From the NCBI GenBank assembly GCA_030390025.1, contig CM059432.1, positions 82,958,001-83,022,000 of the forward strand: a DNA stretch of 64,000 bases, read 5' to 3'. Source of the stretch: Squalus acanthias. Taxonomy: Eukaryota. Shown here piece by piece: positions 1 through 12,926 of the stretch. The notes beneath the pieces were generated by a model. That model searched no databases. It was given only the letters and a program-made list of their open reading frames with translations, and was not told where the DNA came from. Made by a program: the position numbers and the translations under genes. Position 1 is the stretch's first letter. Each line of letters starts with the position of its first letter.

Positions 1-490
1 AATCTATCATAACCAACTCCCTCCTCAGACCTTCGTAGTTTCCTTTGTTTAGATTTAGGACCCTAGTTTCGGATTGGACTACTTCACTTTCCATCTTAAT
101 GAAGAATTCTATCATGTTATGGTCACTCTTCCCTAAAGGACCCCGCACAGCAAGATTATTAATTAACCCCTTCTCATTGCACAATACCCAATCTAGGATA
201 GCCTGTTCCCTAGTTGGCTCCTCAACGTACTGGTATAAAAAACCATCTCGTACACACTCCAGGAATTCATCCTCCACAGTACTTTTGCTAATTTGGTTTG
301 GCCCGTCTATATGTAGATTAAAGGCACCCATGATTACTGTAGTACCCTTGTTACATGCATCTCTAATTTCCTGTTTGATGCCGTCCGCTACATTACCACT
401 ACTGTTTGGAGGCCTATATACAACTCCCACCAATGTTTTCTGCCCCTTGGTGCTTCTTAGTTCCACCCAGACTGACTCTACATCTTGATT
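1..490 (-). mobile_element. CR1 LINE fragment, ORF2 APE endonuclease region
   Basis: Minus strand translates to VESVWVELRSTKGQKTLVGVVYRPPNS...EEPTREQAILDWVLCNE...SDHNMIEF. The + ORF 45-488 is its antisense shadow. Confidence 0.85.
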
Positions 491-494
491 TTTG

Positions 495-1700
495 CAAACG
501 CTTCAGCTTTGTCTTTTGCACTCATGTGCTGGGCTCCACCATCATTGAGGATAGGGATATTCATGGAGCCGCCTCCTCCCGTTAGTTGTTTAATGGTCCA
601 CCACCATTCACAACTGGATGTGGCAGGACTGCAGAGCTTTGATCTGATCCGTTGATTGTGGGATTGCTTAGCTGTCTATAGCATGCTGCTTCCGCTTTTT
701 AGCATGCATGCTGCAGCTTCCCTAGGTTGGCACCGCATTTTTAAGTTCGCCTGGTGCTGCTCCTGGCATGCTCTTCTACGCTCCTTATTGAACCAGGGTT
801 GGTCCCCTGGCTTGATGGTAATGGTAGAGTGAGGGATATGCCAGGCCATGAGGTTACAGATTGTGGTGGAATACAATTTTGCTGCTGCTGATGGCCCACA
901 GCGCCTCATGGATAGTTTTCGTGCCACACAACACGATGGAGGGTGTCTTCAGTGTGAAGGGGAGACTGCGCCTCCACAATGACTGTGCGGTGGTCACTGC
1001 TACCAATACCGTCATGGACAGATGCATCTGCGACAGGTAGATTGGTGAGGACGAGGTCAAGTAGTTTTTTCCCTCGTGTTGGTTCACTCACCACCTGTTG
1101 CAGGCCCAGACTGGCAGCTATGCCATTCAGGACTCGGCCAGCTCGATCAGTAGTGGTGCTACCGAGCCACTCTTGGTGATGGACATTGAAGTCCCCCATC
1201 CAGAGTACATTCTGTGCCCTTGCTACTCTCAGTGCTTCTTCCAAGTGGTGTTCAACATGGAGGAGTACTGATTCATCAGCTGAGGGAGGGCGGTGGGTGG
1301 CAATCAGCAGGAGGTTTCCTTGCCCATGCTTGACTTGAAGCCATGAGACTTCATGGGGTCCAAAATCAATTGTTGAGGACTCCCAGGGCCACTCCTTCTG
1401 ACTGTATATCACTGTGCCGCCACCCCTGGTGGGTCTGTCCTGCCGGTGGGACAGGGCATACCCAGGGATGGTGATGGAGGAGTTTGGGACATTGGCTGAA
1501 AGGTATGATTCTGTGAGTATGACTATGTCAGGCTGTTGCTTGACTAGTCTGTGGGACAACTCTCCCAATTTTGGCACAAGTCCCCAGATGTTGGTGAGGA
1601 GGACTTTGCAGGGTCGGATGGGCTGGGTGTGCCGTTGGCATGTCCGTAGCTGGTGCCGAGGTCAATGCTGGGTGGTGCGTCCGGTTTTATTCTTATTGGT
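495..1700 (-). mobile_element. Non-LTR retrotransposon (CR1/L2 group) 5' ORF2 fragment with APE endonuclease, internally deleted
   Basis: ORF 906-1577 has APE motifs DIVILTESYL, HRPP, MGDFNVHH, PTRG..LLDLVLTN, SDH, followed by the KPGDQPWFN linker (676-927). Confidence 0.85.
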
Positions 1701-1920
1701 ACAATAAATGTATATTCTCTCCCACCGTTCACCAAACTCCCACCAAGATGGCCAGGAAACCTGCATTCCAGGTGTCAAATATTATTTTTGAGCTCATTGC
1801 TAGGAGGTGCACGATCTGTACCTGACTTCTGCTCACTCGCTTCCCAAAAGCACAGCTGAGAGTGGCAACACACTGTGTAGAGAATCTCCATCATCAACCA
1901 GCACCTTGCAGAGCTCATCC

Positions 1921-2347
1921 CTGACTTAGTGGTAGCACTCTCACCTCCGAGTCAGAAATTCATGGTTCAAGTACAATCCAGAGACTTGAGCACATAATCT
2001 AGGCTGAAAATCGAGTGCAGTACTGTGGGAGTGCTGTACTGTTGAAGGTACTGTCTTTTAGATGAGACATTAGATCACTGTCCTTCAGGGAGATGGCACT
2101 ATTCAAAGCAGACCAGGGCAGTACTTCTGGGGCCTTGGGCAACATTTATCCCTCAACCATTACTAAAAAAAGACATTATCTGGTCATGTATCTCATTGCT
2201 ATGACCTTGCTGTGTACAAATTGGCTGCCACATTTCCCTACATCACAACAGTTACTACACTTCAAAAGTATTTCATTGGCTGTAAAGCACTTTGGGACCT
2301 CAGGAAACCATGAAAGGCGCTTTATAAATGCAAGTTTGATCTTTCTT
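1921..2347 (+). mobile_element. tRNA-derived Deu-domain SINE (SacSINE1-like)
   Basis: tRNA-like head (gtggtagcactctc...ggttcaagt) and 3' tail tgtaaagcactttggga...gaaaggcgctttataaatgcaag; homologous to the copies at 32602 and 58468. Confidence 0.8.
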
Positions 2348-3173
2348 TTACTCTGCATCACAGAACATGCTGCACTATTGTGTCAGCAGTGCAACAACAA
2401 TATTGTTCGCAATAATTGGAAACATTCATCTTTAAACACTCGGTCCAGGAAAAATCCTGCATTTTAAATAATGGTTATTGAAGCCCAGATTTCCTTTAAA
2501 ATTAAAGTTTAAAACGTAACCCTTTCATCTTGTGGCATACAGAATATACTCTTATTTTTGTACTACTTTAGCTCATGGTGCAGGGATCTATCTTCTGCCG
2601 GCTAACTTCCCATAATTACTCGGATCCCAAAATTTCAGAGAGTGTATGATGCTGAAAGGATAAGGCAATCAGGCTTGTTTACACCATGGATGGCAGGAGA
2701 CCATGCCTTCTGCTGCTGGATGCACTAATATAGTGTAAATGCACCTTTGAAAAAGTAGAGGTGGTACAATAGGTTGGGCACACTGTCTTTTTACCTCAAT
2801 ATACAAAAGGAGGCAAACTCACAGACTGTCTATATTTATATTTTCATTTTGCCCACTTTAAAAACTGCAGTTTCAAATTCACCAGATTCCAATTTAAAGT
2901 CAAAATTACTTCAGTTATTTTGAAATGTATGGAAAAAGTAACACCCGAAAAGGATGAGTCCCACCTTTTTAGATGTCTCAATTCCTGAACATCTCAAAAA
3001 AAAAAAAATCCTTTCCGTTTCACTGTAAAACTACCAAAAATAAGTGGCCACATTAATTATGCTGCTGCTTAAATGTCAAGAAAATTTACATAATCAAATT
3101 CACGGAGCTTAAGAATTGCCTATAAATGAGCAGATACTGTGCTTCTACAGATATTTTGATCTGTGCTTGTAAC

Positions 3174-3480
3174 TCCCAAACCCGCGACCTCTTCCACCTA
3201 GAAGGACAAGGGCAGCAGGTGCATGGGAACACCACCACCTGCAAGTTCCACTCCAAGTCACACACCATCCTGACTTAGAAGTATATCGCCGATCCTTCAT
3301 TGTCGCTGGGTCAAAATCCTGGAACTCCCTCCCGAACAGCACTGTGGGACTACCTTCACCACACGGACTGCAGCGGTTCAAGGCGGCGGCTCACCACCAC
3401 CTTCTCAAGGGCAATTAGGGATGGGCAATAAATAATGGCCTTGCCAGCGACGCCCACATCCCATAAACAAATTTTAAAAA
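3174..3480 (+). mobile_element. 3' end of a LINE (CR1/L2 group)
   Basis: ORF2-terminal KSWNSLP motif (aaatcctggaactccctccc), then a 3'UTR aagggcaattagggatgggcaataaa and an A-rich tail. Confidence 0.7.
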
Positions 3481-4034
3481 GTCAGAAGAGAACTATTTAA
3501 GAGTCAGATCAAGACCACTTTAAGAGCCAAAATAGTAAAAGATTTGATGACATCATATAAAACAGCACTTGTAAATGAACCATTAGAGTCTTCAGACATT
3601 GCTAAATTCAAACTCAACTAAACTGGACTATAAGATACAAATTAAAAAGGAAAAAAGTAGGCATAATTGCTGGAATTGCATTTTCACACAATGCCAATGA
3701 TCTGTATATGCAAAGAACCTGCATTATAAAAGTTGGATGCTTTATGGAAAAATCAGGTTATAAAATTATTTGAACCACTATATATTAATCCTTACCATTT
3801 TGTAGTTAACAGGTCTTCAATTTAATAGAAACTATCAAAATGTTAGCATTTTGAGTTTTGCTACTCTGTATTCTAACTCAATAGCAGTACGAGGATCAGT
3901 TTGGGATTAAATCGTTCAAGCCAAACTCACCAATTGTATTTAATAGTAAAATCTAGTTGCCAAGGAAGGCCCACCTTGTACAAAGATGGGGTCAAGAAAT
4001 ACACAGGGAGAATAAAGTTCAACATCTTATTCAT

Positions 4035-5015
4035 GAAACGCACCCCCTGCTCCCATTCCCACTAAACCACTGACCACTCAACTTCCCTTCCCGTCTCTCG
4101 TACTAGATGACATTGTAAATGGTCATCTCTCCTAGGGTACTGTCCCCCTACCCTTCAAAACATTCAACGTCCCCCTCCTCAAAAAAACCCCACCTTCAAC
4201 CTCTTGGTTCTTGCAACCTACCACCCAATCTCCATTCCTATTCAAAGTCCTTGAACATGCTCCCAAAACCATGCTCAACTGTCCCTCAACTCCATGTTTG
4301 AATCTTTGCAATCAGGTTTCCGCCCCTGCCACAGCACCAAAACGACCTTAATCAAAAGGCAGAAAGGACATCGTCTTTGATTGTGATACAGTATTGCCTC
4401 CTTGTCCTTCTCTACCTCTCTGCAGCCTTTAGCACAATCAATAGCACCAACGTCCTTCCTCCATCGTGCAACTTAGTAGGACTACCTTGCTGGTTTCCAC
4501 TCTTACCTATTCAATTGTAGACAGAGCATCTCCAGCAATGGCTTCTCTTCTTACCCCTACACAGTACCTTTTGAGTCCCCCAAGGGTATATCCTTGAACC
4601 CCTCTTCTTCCTCATCTACATGCTGCTCTCTGGCAAAGACAATGGGGTCACGTTCCACATGCATGCTTATGAAACCCAGCTCTACTGCTCCACAACCCTT
4701 CCACTGCATTTGTGCTGTCAGAGTACTTGTCTAACATCCAGTCCTGGTTGAGCTGCAATTTCCTCTAGTTAAACATCATGAAGACCAAAGCCATTGTCTT
4801 CGATATCTCTGTAAACTCAAGTTCTACAAATTTCCAAGAACTCTAAGCTCCTTCAACTCTGAGCTCCTGCGCACCCCACTCCGCCTGCCTTACAATTGGC
4901 AGTTGTGCCTTCAGCCACCTAGGCCTACACTCTGGAACACCCTTCCAAAACCTCTGCATCTCCAACTCCCTGACCGCCTTCAAGATCCTCCTTAAAACCC
5001 ACTTCTTTGACCATG
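4035..5015 (+). mobile_element. Degenerate L2 LINE RT fragment
   Basis: Colinear but decayed similarity to the L2 copy at 5016-7375 (caatcaggtttccgcccctgccacagcac; gtcccccaagg; tgtgccttcagcc). Confidence 0.7.
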
Positions 5016-7375
5016 AAACCCACCTTCTGCTCCCTCGACTCTATTCCCACCAAACTGCTGACCACCCAACTTCCCTTCCTGGCCCTCACCTTAGCTGATA
5101 GTCAATTGTTCCTACTCCTCAGGTACTGTCGGTCTCCTCCTCAAATCTATCGTCATCACCCATCTCCCCAAAAAAACCACCATTGACCCCTCTGACCTTG
5201 CAAACTACCGCCCCATCTCCAACCTCCCTTTCCTCTCCAAAGTCCTTGAACGTGTTGTCGCCTCCCAAATCCGTGCCCATCTTTCCCGGAACTCCATGTT
5301 TGAATCCCTCCAATCAGGTTTCCGTCCCGCCACAGTACTGAAATGGCCCTCATCAAAGTCACAAATGATATCCTGTGACTGTGGTAAACTATTCCTTCTT
5401 GGACGGTCTGCAGCCTTTGACACGGTTGACCACAACATCCTCCTCCAATGCCTCTCCTGTCGTCCAGCTAGGTGGGACTGCTCTCACCTGGTTCCATTCT
5501 TATCTATCCAATCGTAGCCAGAGAATCACCTGCAATAGCATCTCTCCCGGCTCTCGCACCATTACCTCTGGAGCCCTCAAGGAAGTGTGAAGTTATCCAC
5601 TTTGGTAGGAAAAACAAAAAAGCAGAATATTTTTTTTTTAAATGGCGAGAGACTGGGATATGTTTGCACTCAGAGGGACCAGGGTGTCCTTGTAAATGAA
5701 TCACAGAAAGTTAACATGCAGGTCCAGCAAGCAATTAGGAAAGCAAATGGTATGTTAGCTTTTGTTACAAAGAGATTAGAGTATAAGAGTAAAGAAGTCT
5801 TACTACAATTATACAGGGCCCTGGTGAGGCCTCACCTGGAGTATTGTGTCCAGTTCTGGTCTCTTTACCTTAGGGAAGACATACTTGCCTTGGAGGGAGT
5901 GCAGCGAAGGTTCACTGGACTGGTTCCTGGGATGAGGGGATTGCCCTACGAGGACAGATTGAGTAGACTAGGCCTATATTCCCTAGAGTTTAGAAGAATG
6001 AGATCTAATTGAAACATATAAAATTCTTAAGGGGCTCGACAGGGTTAATGCTGGGAAAATGTTTCCCCTGGCTGGGGAATCTAGAACACGGGGTCACAGT
6101 CTCGGAATAAAGGGGTTGGCCATTTAGGACTGAGATGAGGAGAAATTTCTTCACTCAAGGGGTTGTAAATCTTTGGAATTCTCTACCAGAGAGCTGTTGA
6201 GTATATTCAAGACAGAGGTCGATACATTTTTGGGAACAAAGGGAATTAAGGGATATGGGGATGGTGCGGGAAGGTGGAGTTGAGGTAAAAGATCAGCCAT
6301 GATCTTGTTGAATGGCGGAGCAGGCTCGAGGGGCCAAATGGTCTGCTCCTGCTCCTATTTCTTATGTTCTATCCTTGGCCCCTCCAATCTCTCATCTACA
6401 TGCTGCCCCTCGGCTACATCATCTGAAAACATGCCAGTTTCCACATGTACGCTGACGCCACTCAGCACTACCTCACCACCACCTCTCTCGACCCCTCCAC
6501 TGTCTCTAATTTGTCAGACAGATTGTCCAACATCCAGTACTGGATGAGCAGAAATTTCCTCCAACTAAATATTGGGAAGACCGAAGCCATTGTCTTCAAC
6601 CCCTGCCACAAACTCCGTTCCCTAGCCACCCAATCCATCCCTCTCCCTGGCAACTGCCTGAGGCGGAACCAGACTGTCCGTTACCTTGGTGTCATATGTG
6701 ACCCCAAGATGAGCTGCTGACCACATATTTGCTCCATCACCAAAACCGCCTACTAACCGCCCGACTCCGCGCCGCCTCAGCTCATCTGCAGCTGAAACCC
6801 TCAGCTATGCCTTTGTCACCTCTAGACTTGACTACTCCACCGCTCTCCTGGCTGGCCTCCCCTCTTCCACCCTAAATAAACTTGAGCTCATCCAAAACTC
6901 TGCTGCCCGTAACTCACACCAAGTCCCATTCACCCATCACCCCTGTGCTTGCTGACCTATATTGGATCGCAGTCTGGCAATGCCTCAATTTTAAAATTCT
7001 CATCCTTGCTTTCAAATCCCTCCATGGCCTTGCCGCTCCCCATCTTTATAACCTCCTCCAGCTCTACAACCCTCCAAGATCTCTGCGCTCCGCCAATCCT
7101 GGCCTCTTGTGCATCCCCAATTTTAATTGCTCCACCATAGGTGGCTATGCCCTCAGTTACCAAGGCCCTTAGCTCTGGAATTCCCTCCCTAAACCTCTCG
7201 GCCTTCCTTGCTCTCTCTCCTCCTTAAAACCTACCTCTTTGACCAAGATCTGTCCCAATATCTCCTTATGTGACTCGTTGTCAAATTTTGGTTGATAATG
7301 CTCCTGTGAAGCGCCTTGGGACGTTTTACTACGTTAAAGGCGCTGTGCAAGTGCAAGGTGTCGTCGTAGCAGCTT
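5016..7375 (+). mobile_element. L2 LINE RT/3' portion, interrupted by a CR1 insertion
   Basis: NYRPISNLPFLSK, FESLQSGFRP, AAFDTVDH, YADATQ, QLNIGKTEAIVF motifs; 3' tail tgtgaagcgccttgggacgttttactacgttaaaggcgct. The GVPQGS-like motif is split at about 5583/6368. Confidence 0.85.
5584..6367 (+). mobile_element. 5'-truncated CR1 LINE nested in L2
   Basis: KCEVIHFGRKN...LYRALVRPHLEYCVQFWS (ORF 5587-6012) and CR1 3' end ctcctgctcctatttcttatgttct. Confidence 0.9.
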
Positions 7376-7500
7376 TCAGTCACCCCATCTAATATCTCTT
7401 TCTTCAGCTTGGCATCAATTTTTGTCTGATCATGCTTCAGTGAAGCTCCTTGGGACTCTTCTCTACATTAAAGGCGCTATATAAATGCAAGTTGCTGTTG
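7376..7500 (+). mobile_element. Second L2 3' tail fragment
   Basis: gtgaagctccttgggac...taaaggcgctatataaatgcaagttgctgttg. Confidence 0.65.
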
Positions 7501-7624
7501 TTTATTTGATCCTCCTGAAGTTACCTACCAAATAGAAACTAAAGTTTACATTGTGGAATTGCTACTCATCCATTTTGTTAAGGTGAATTTGATTTTTGCT
7601 CTGTTGGAGAGAGTTGGAAGAACA

Positions 7625-8070
7625 AAGAGCTCTTGGAGGGTTGTAGTGCTGGAGAAGATTACAGAGATAGGGTGGGGCAAGGCCATGAAGGGATTAAACA
7701 TAAGAAGAATTTTAAGTTAGTGCTGGGAGCTAATGTAGGTCAGAGACAAAGGAGTGATGGGTGAGCAGTATTGGGTGTGGGCAGCAGAATTTTGGTTGGG
7801 ATGAAATTTATACAGAGTAGAGGATGGGAGGCTGGCCAGGAGAACTTTGGAATGTCCAAGTGCAGAGGTGATAAAGGCTTGGATGAGGATTTCAGCAGCA
7901 GAAGGGCTGATGTAGAGACAGGCAATGTTATGGAGGTGGAAGTAAATGGTCTTTGTGATGGAGAATATGGGGTCACAAGCTCGGCTCCGAGTCAAATAGG
8001 ATTCTGAAACTACAAACAGTCTGGTTCAACTGGAGATATTGGCAGGGAGGAGGATGGAATCGATGGCCAG
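7625..8070 (-). mobile_element. L2 LINE fragment (C-terminal ORF2)
   Basis: ORF 7717-7995 SITKTIYFHLHNIA...SAAEILIQAFITS resembles the L2 C-terminus seen at 6700-6900. Confidence 0.75.
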
Positions 8071-8393
8071 TCTCCTGCTTCTCCCCCTCCTTGAATGCTG
8101 TTTTTGCATTTAACTAGTGAAGAAGGGAAATCAAATATGTATCTCTCCTGACTGCATCAGGCTGTCAGACATTCACAGGATCTCAGATAATAGTTAAGCT
8201 TCCCAGACGCTGTCTCCAAGGTGATAACTCAGAAAGCTGCCAAAATTCAACAGTCTTCTGTGAACAGCTAACCAGCAAAAACACCTACTCAAAAATCCAA
8301 TACCAAGCCATTGCCCATCTAATAGCTGCTTGAACAATCCAATTGTCACAGCCCCTTTGAAATCTATGAGCAAAACAAGCAGGTAAACAAGGA

Positions 8394-8426
8394 CAGAAAA
8401 TGCTGGAAACATTCAGCTGGCCTGCA
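8394..8426 (-). mobile_element. 33-bp micro-insertion of PLE family 2 3' region
   Basis: Perfect 13-bp direct repeat aggtaaacaagga (8381-8393, 8427-8439). The insert is the reverse complement of the gctgagtatttccagcattttctg segment at 20172-20195 and 46696-46719. Confidence 0.65.
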
Positions 8427-8929
8427 AGGTAAACAAGGAAGCAATTTTACGGCAATTATGTATTAATGATACCCTCAAGAGTCATATCAACTAGACTGGG
8501 TTATTTACATTCAAGTGAATCCAGTTTTAACCTCTAAAGTACCATGGAAAAAGACAAAAAACGCTTGAACAAAACACAGCATTTTGTCATGGACCAGACA
8601 CTCCATAAATGACTACCCACTAACTGCCCTGGATGAACCTTGTATTACACACCACCCAAGTCCTCTACTTCACCAACCTCTGGGCAGCCTCAGGTAACCC
8701 ACTGCCCTCTCGGTACTGATCAGATCCAGAACTTTTACGCTTCAGACAAGAAATCAGGGCTTGGTCTCCAACTGCCACAAAGACCGTGGTTTACTAAACA
8801 TTCCAACCTTCGGACCATGCCCAGATCTCTGATCATAATTTCATAAAGAACCAATTTAGACAGGTTTTGTTTTCCTGCAACTTTTTCATTACAACCTAAA
8901 ACTAGTACTGCAGTGTCCATTCACATGTG

Positions 8930-9411
8930 CCTCTGACTGCTCTATCCAGACTTCACTGCTCTCAATTCTGATCTCGATCAGCCTGCCACTCACACTCCAC
9001 CTTTTGTTTGTGTTCTCTGTACCCCACTCCACTTGCCAGTACTCTGTCAACTTTCTCTCCTACCATTGAGGCTCAAGTTCCTCCTGAACATGCCCATGGC
9101 TTCCTTTAGCTTCATATTAAGCATCCTCTATGAAGCCCACCATGGTACCTGTTCCTGCCTCTCCCAAATCAACCCCCTCCCAGTGAACATCCCACACAGT
9201 ACACTCATCAGAGATTTACCTCCATCTTCCTTTCCATGCCCGCCCTCCCCTCCCACAAGACTTTTCTAGTGGGCTCCTAACCATTGTCCTGCTCAGTCTC
9301 CCTTCAAAATGTTTTCACCCTCCCAATGACAACCTCACCCTGGATGACTCCATGCCATGGACATGGGCCTAACCGAAACTTAGTGCATGCTCAATGACAG
9401 CTTCCAACTTA
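8930..9411 (+). mobile_element. Old L2 LINE, 5' part (host of the 9412-12926 insertion)
   Basis: Decayed SLQNV...LTET...DSF APE start; continues at 12927. Confidence 0.55.
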
Positions 9412-12400
9412 CAACAAAAACTTATATAGTGCCTTTAACGTAGTGAAACATCCCAAGGCGCTTCACAGGAGTGTTAGAAGACAAAAATTTGACACCGAGC
9501 CACATAAGAAATTAGGGCAGACAAAGAGGTAGGTTTTAAGGAGCGTCTTAAAAGGAGGAAAGTGAGGCAGTGAGGTAGCGAGGTAGCGACGTTTTGGGGG
9601 GGGGGGGGGGGGGGGGGGGGTTCCAGAGCTTAGGGCCTAGGCAGCTGAAGGCACGGCCACCAATGGTTGAGAGATTATAATCAGGGATGCTCAAGAGGAC
9701 AGAATTTGAGAAGCACAGATATCTCAGGGGGTGGTTGTGGTGCTGAAGGATATTAGAAATAGGGAGGGGCAAGGCCATGGAGAGATTTGAAAACAAGGCT
9801 GAGAATTTTGAAATCGAGGCGTTGCTTAACCGGGAGCCAATGTAGGTCTGCGATACAGGGGTGATGGGTGAACGGGACTTGGTGCGAATTAGGACAGGGG
9901 CAGCCAAGTTTTGGATGACCTCAAGTTTACGTAGGGTAGAATGTGGGAGGCCAGCCAGGAGTGCATTGGAATAGTCAAGTCTAGAGGTTAACAGACATGG
10001 ATGAGGGTTTCAGCAGCAGATGAGCTGAGGCGGGGCAGAGACGGGGTACGTTACAAAGGTGGAAATAGGCGGTCTTAGTTATGCCACGAATATGTGGTCG
10101 GAAGCTCATTTCAGGGTCAAATATGACACCAAGGTTGCGAACAGTCTGGTTCAGCCGCAGACAGATGCTAGGGAGGGGCATGGAGTGGGTGGCATGGGAA
10201 CGGAGTTTGTGGCGGGGCCCAAAGACGATGGCTTCGGTCTTCCCAATATTTAATTGGAGAAAATTTCTGCTCATCCAGAACTGGATGTCGGACAAGCAGT
10301 GTGTCAACTCAGAGACCGTGGAGAGGTCGAGAGAAGTGGTGCTGAGGCAGAGCTGGGTGTAATCAGCATACATGTGGAAACTGACACCGTGTTTTTGGAT
10401 GATGTCACCAAGGGGCAGCATATAGATGAGAAATAGGAGGGGGGCCAAGGATAGATCCTTGGGGGACACCAGAGGTAACGATGTGGGAGTGGGAAGAGAA
10501 GCCGCTGAAGGTGATTTTCTGGCTACGATTAGATAGATAAGAATGGAACCACCCAGCTGGATGATGGTGGAGAGGCGTTGGAGAAGGATGGAGTGGTCAA
10601 ACGCTGCAGACAGGTTGAGAAGCACGAGGAGGGATAGTTTACCTTTGTCACAGTCACAAAGGGTGTCATTTGTGACTTTGATGAGAGCCGTTTCGGTACT
10701 GTGGCAAGTGGATTGGAAGGATTCAAACATGGAGTTCCAGGAAAGATGGGCACGGATTTGGGAGGTGACAACACGTTCAAGGGCTTGAGAGGAAAGTTAG
10801 TTTGCAAGGACGGAGGGTCAAGGGTTCGTTTTTTTGAGGAGAGGGGTGATGACGGCAGATTTGAAGGAGAGGGGGATAGTACCTGAGGAGAGCGAACCGT
10901 TAACAATGTCAGCTAACATGGGAGCCAGAAAAGTAAGTTGGGTGTTCAGCAGTTTAGTGGGAATAGGGTCAAGGGAGCAGGAAGTGGGTCTCATGGACAG
11001 GATGAGCATGGAGAGGTCAAGAGGGAAGATCGGAGAGAAACTGGAGAAAGATGCGAGTTCAGGGCTAGGGCAGGGGGAAACCTTAGAGGAAGTTTGGCCC
11101 GGTGGGCTAGGGGAAGGAAGGGAAGTGACAGAGACAGCTGAACGGATGGTCTCAATCTTAGAGACAAAGAAGCCCATGAGCTCCTCACACTTCTTGTTGG
11201 AGGGGAGTGTGGAGGAGACAAGGGAGAGGGGGTTAAGACTATTAGCAGTAGCGAATAGGAGCCAGGGGTTGTCTTTGCATTCCAGAATGATCCTGGAATA
11301 GTGAGCAGTTTTGGCAGACGAGAGCAGGACCCGATAGTGCTTTATGTGGTCCAGCCAGATCTGGCGGTGATTGGCTAAACCAGTTGTCCACCATATCCAT
11401 TCAAGTCTGCGTCCCTTGGACATGAGGGAGCGAAGATGTGGGTCGTACCAGGGGGAACGGCCAGAGTGAGAGAGAGTAATGGTTTTAATAGGGACTAGGG
11501 CATCAAAGGTGGTGGTGAGGGTGTGGTTGAACAGATCGGTAGCTGCAGAAATGTCGTGGTGAATGGAGGGCCAAAGGCTAGACAGTTGAGATTTCATAAG
11601 TGCAGTTGTAAGTGAGTTGGGAGAGAGTTTTTCCCAGGGGCGGACACAGAAGGAAGTAGGGTTGGGTGGGGGAAGGGGGATGTGGGTGGAAAGCGATACA
11701 AGGAAGTGGTGAGAGATGGCCTTATCTTCTATTGACACGATGGGAGTAGCGAGGCCACGAGAGATGGCAAGGTCAAGGGGGTGGCTGTGAATATGGGTTG
11801 GGGAGTTCACATGGAGGGAGATATTAAGGGAGGATAGGTGGGTAGTGAACTCAGGAGAGCATGATGAGGTGAGATGGAGGTTGAAATCACCGAGGATGAG
11901 AAGTCGCTCGGTACAGAGGCCGAGGGAGGAAAGCAGTGAGGATATCTCGGTGATAAAAATGTTATCGTACTTGGGTGGGCAGTAGAGAACGAGAATTTTA
12001 AATGAGAGGTGAGAGGGGTGGAACTAGGTGAGATGCTCAAAGGAAGAGAAAGTGCCGGAGGAGTAGGGGGACAGACCCAGGTGTGATTTGGTGATGAGAG
12101 CCACACCGCCACCATGGCGGTCCGAGCAGGGCAAGTGATGGAAGGTATAGCCAGGCAGGGAGGCTTCATTTAAGAGCAAGGTGTCATCACCCCTCACCCA
12201 AGTTTCTGTCAGAGCCACGATGTCGATGCAATCATCCACGATAAGCTCATGGATGGCAAGGGCCTTGTTCGCAAGTAAACGGACATTCTGGAGGGAGATG
12301 CGGAGAGGGTCGGTGATGGCTGATCCACTGTCAGAGTCCACAGGGTCAGCACTGGGGGGGGAAGGGGGGATGAGTTGGACGGGGAGGAGAATTGGCAGGA

Positions 12401-12926
12401 TTAGCTCCCCGCAGGTGCACTAGACGGGAAGGTCGGAGAGAGAATAGGATGGGACAGCTGGGGTTCCTACTCGTGAGGATACAGCGACGAGTGCCAAGGT
12501 GGGCCCTTCGGAGGATGCCAAGAGAGGCACAGAGGGAAACTGTGGGCTTATCAAAGAGGGAGTCAAGCCTGGGACGGCAGCAAGAAGGTCAAAGAGTAAT
12601 GAAGAGTTGGGGTAGGGATTTGGGAGGGCAGAGTATCCGAGAGAGGAGGGAATGAAGGGCAGCATGACGATAGGAGAGACCAGTCAGGGAGGGATAGAGA
12701 GAAAAGAAAAAGGGGGGAGAAAAAAAAAGTGGAAATAGAAGTGAACGGCTCGGGTCCGGAGCGGCAGCCAAAATGCGCACGTGAATGGACACAGGGAAAA
12801 TCTCAAGTTACATAGGCCTGGTTATGTAGCAATTATAGGGATGCATATTTCCTGGTAGTAGCAGGGAATAGGTTGGTGACAATAGTAGGGAGTCCAGAGT
12901 TAAAGTCAGAGGTCCCGTGGAGGGAA
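9412..12926 (-). mobile_element. Near full-length L2 LINE (APE + RT, frameshifted)
   Basis: ORF pieces 12024-12341 (LRISLQNVR..DIVALTETW), 10818-11810 (PTHIHSHPLDL..DPIPTKLL), 9981-10730 (LSAAFD, YADYTQL), 9548-9907. L2 3' tail at 9412-9480; candidate TSD aactta at 9406-9411 and 12927-12932. Confidence 0.9.

Noticed and set aside
45..488. 147-aa + strand ORF and other antisense ORFs over LINEs (e.g. 25065-25689, 38518-38985, 55495-56831)
   Set aside because: Shadows of CR1/L2 ORF2 on the opposite strand; no independent protein features.
9595..9620. Long G/C homopolymers as functional G-quadruplex elements
   Set aside because: They lie within repeats, and homopolymer length is unreliable in assemblies; no evidence of function.
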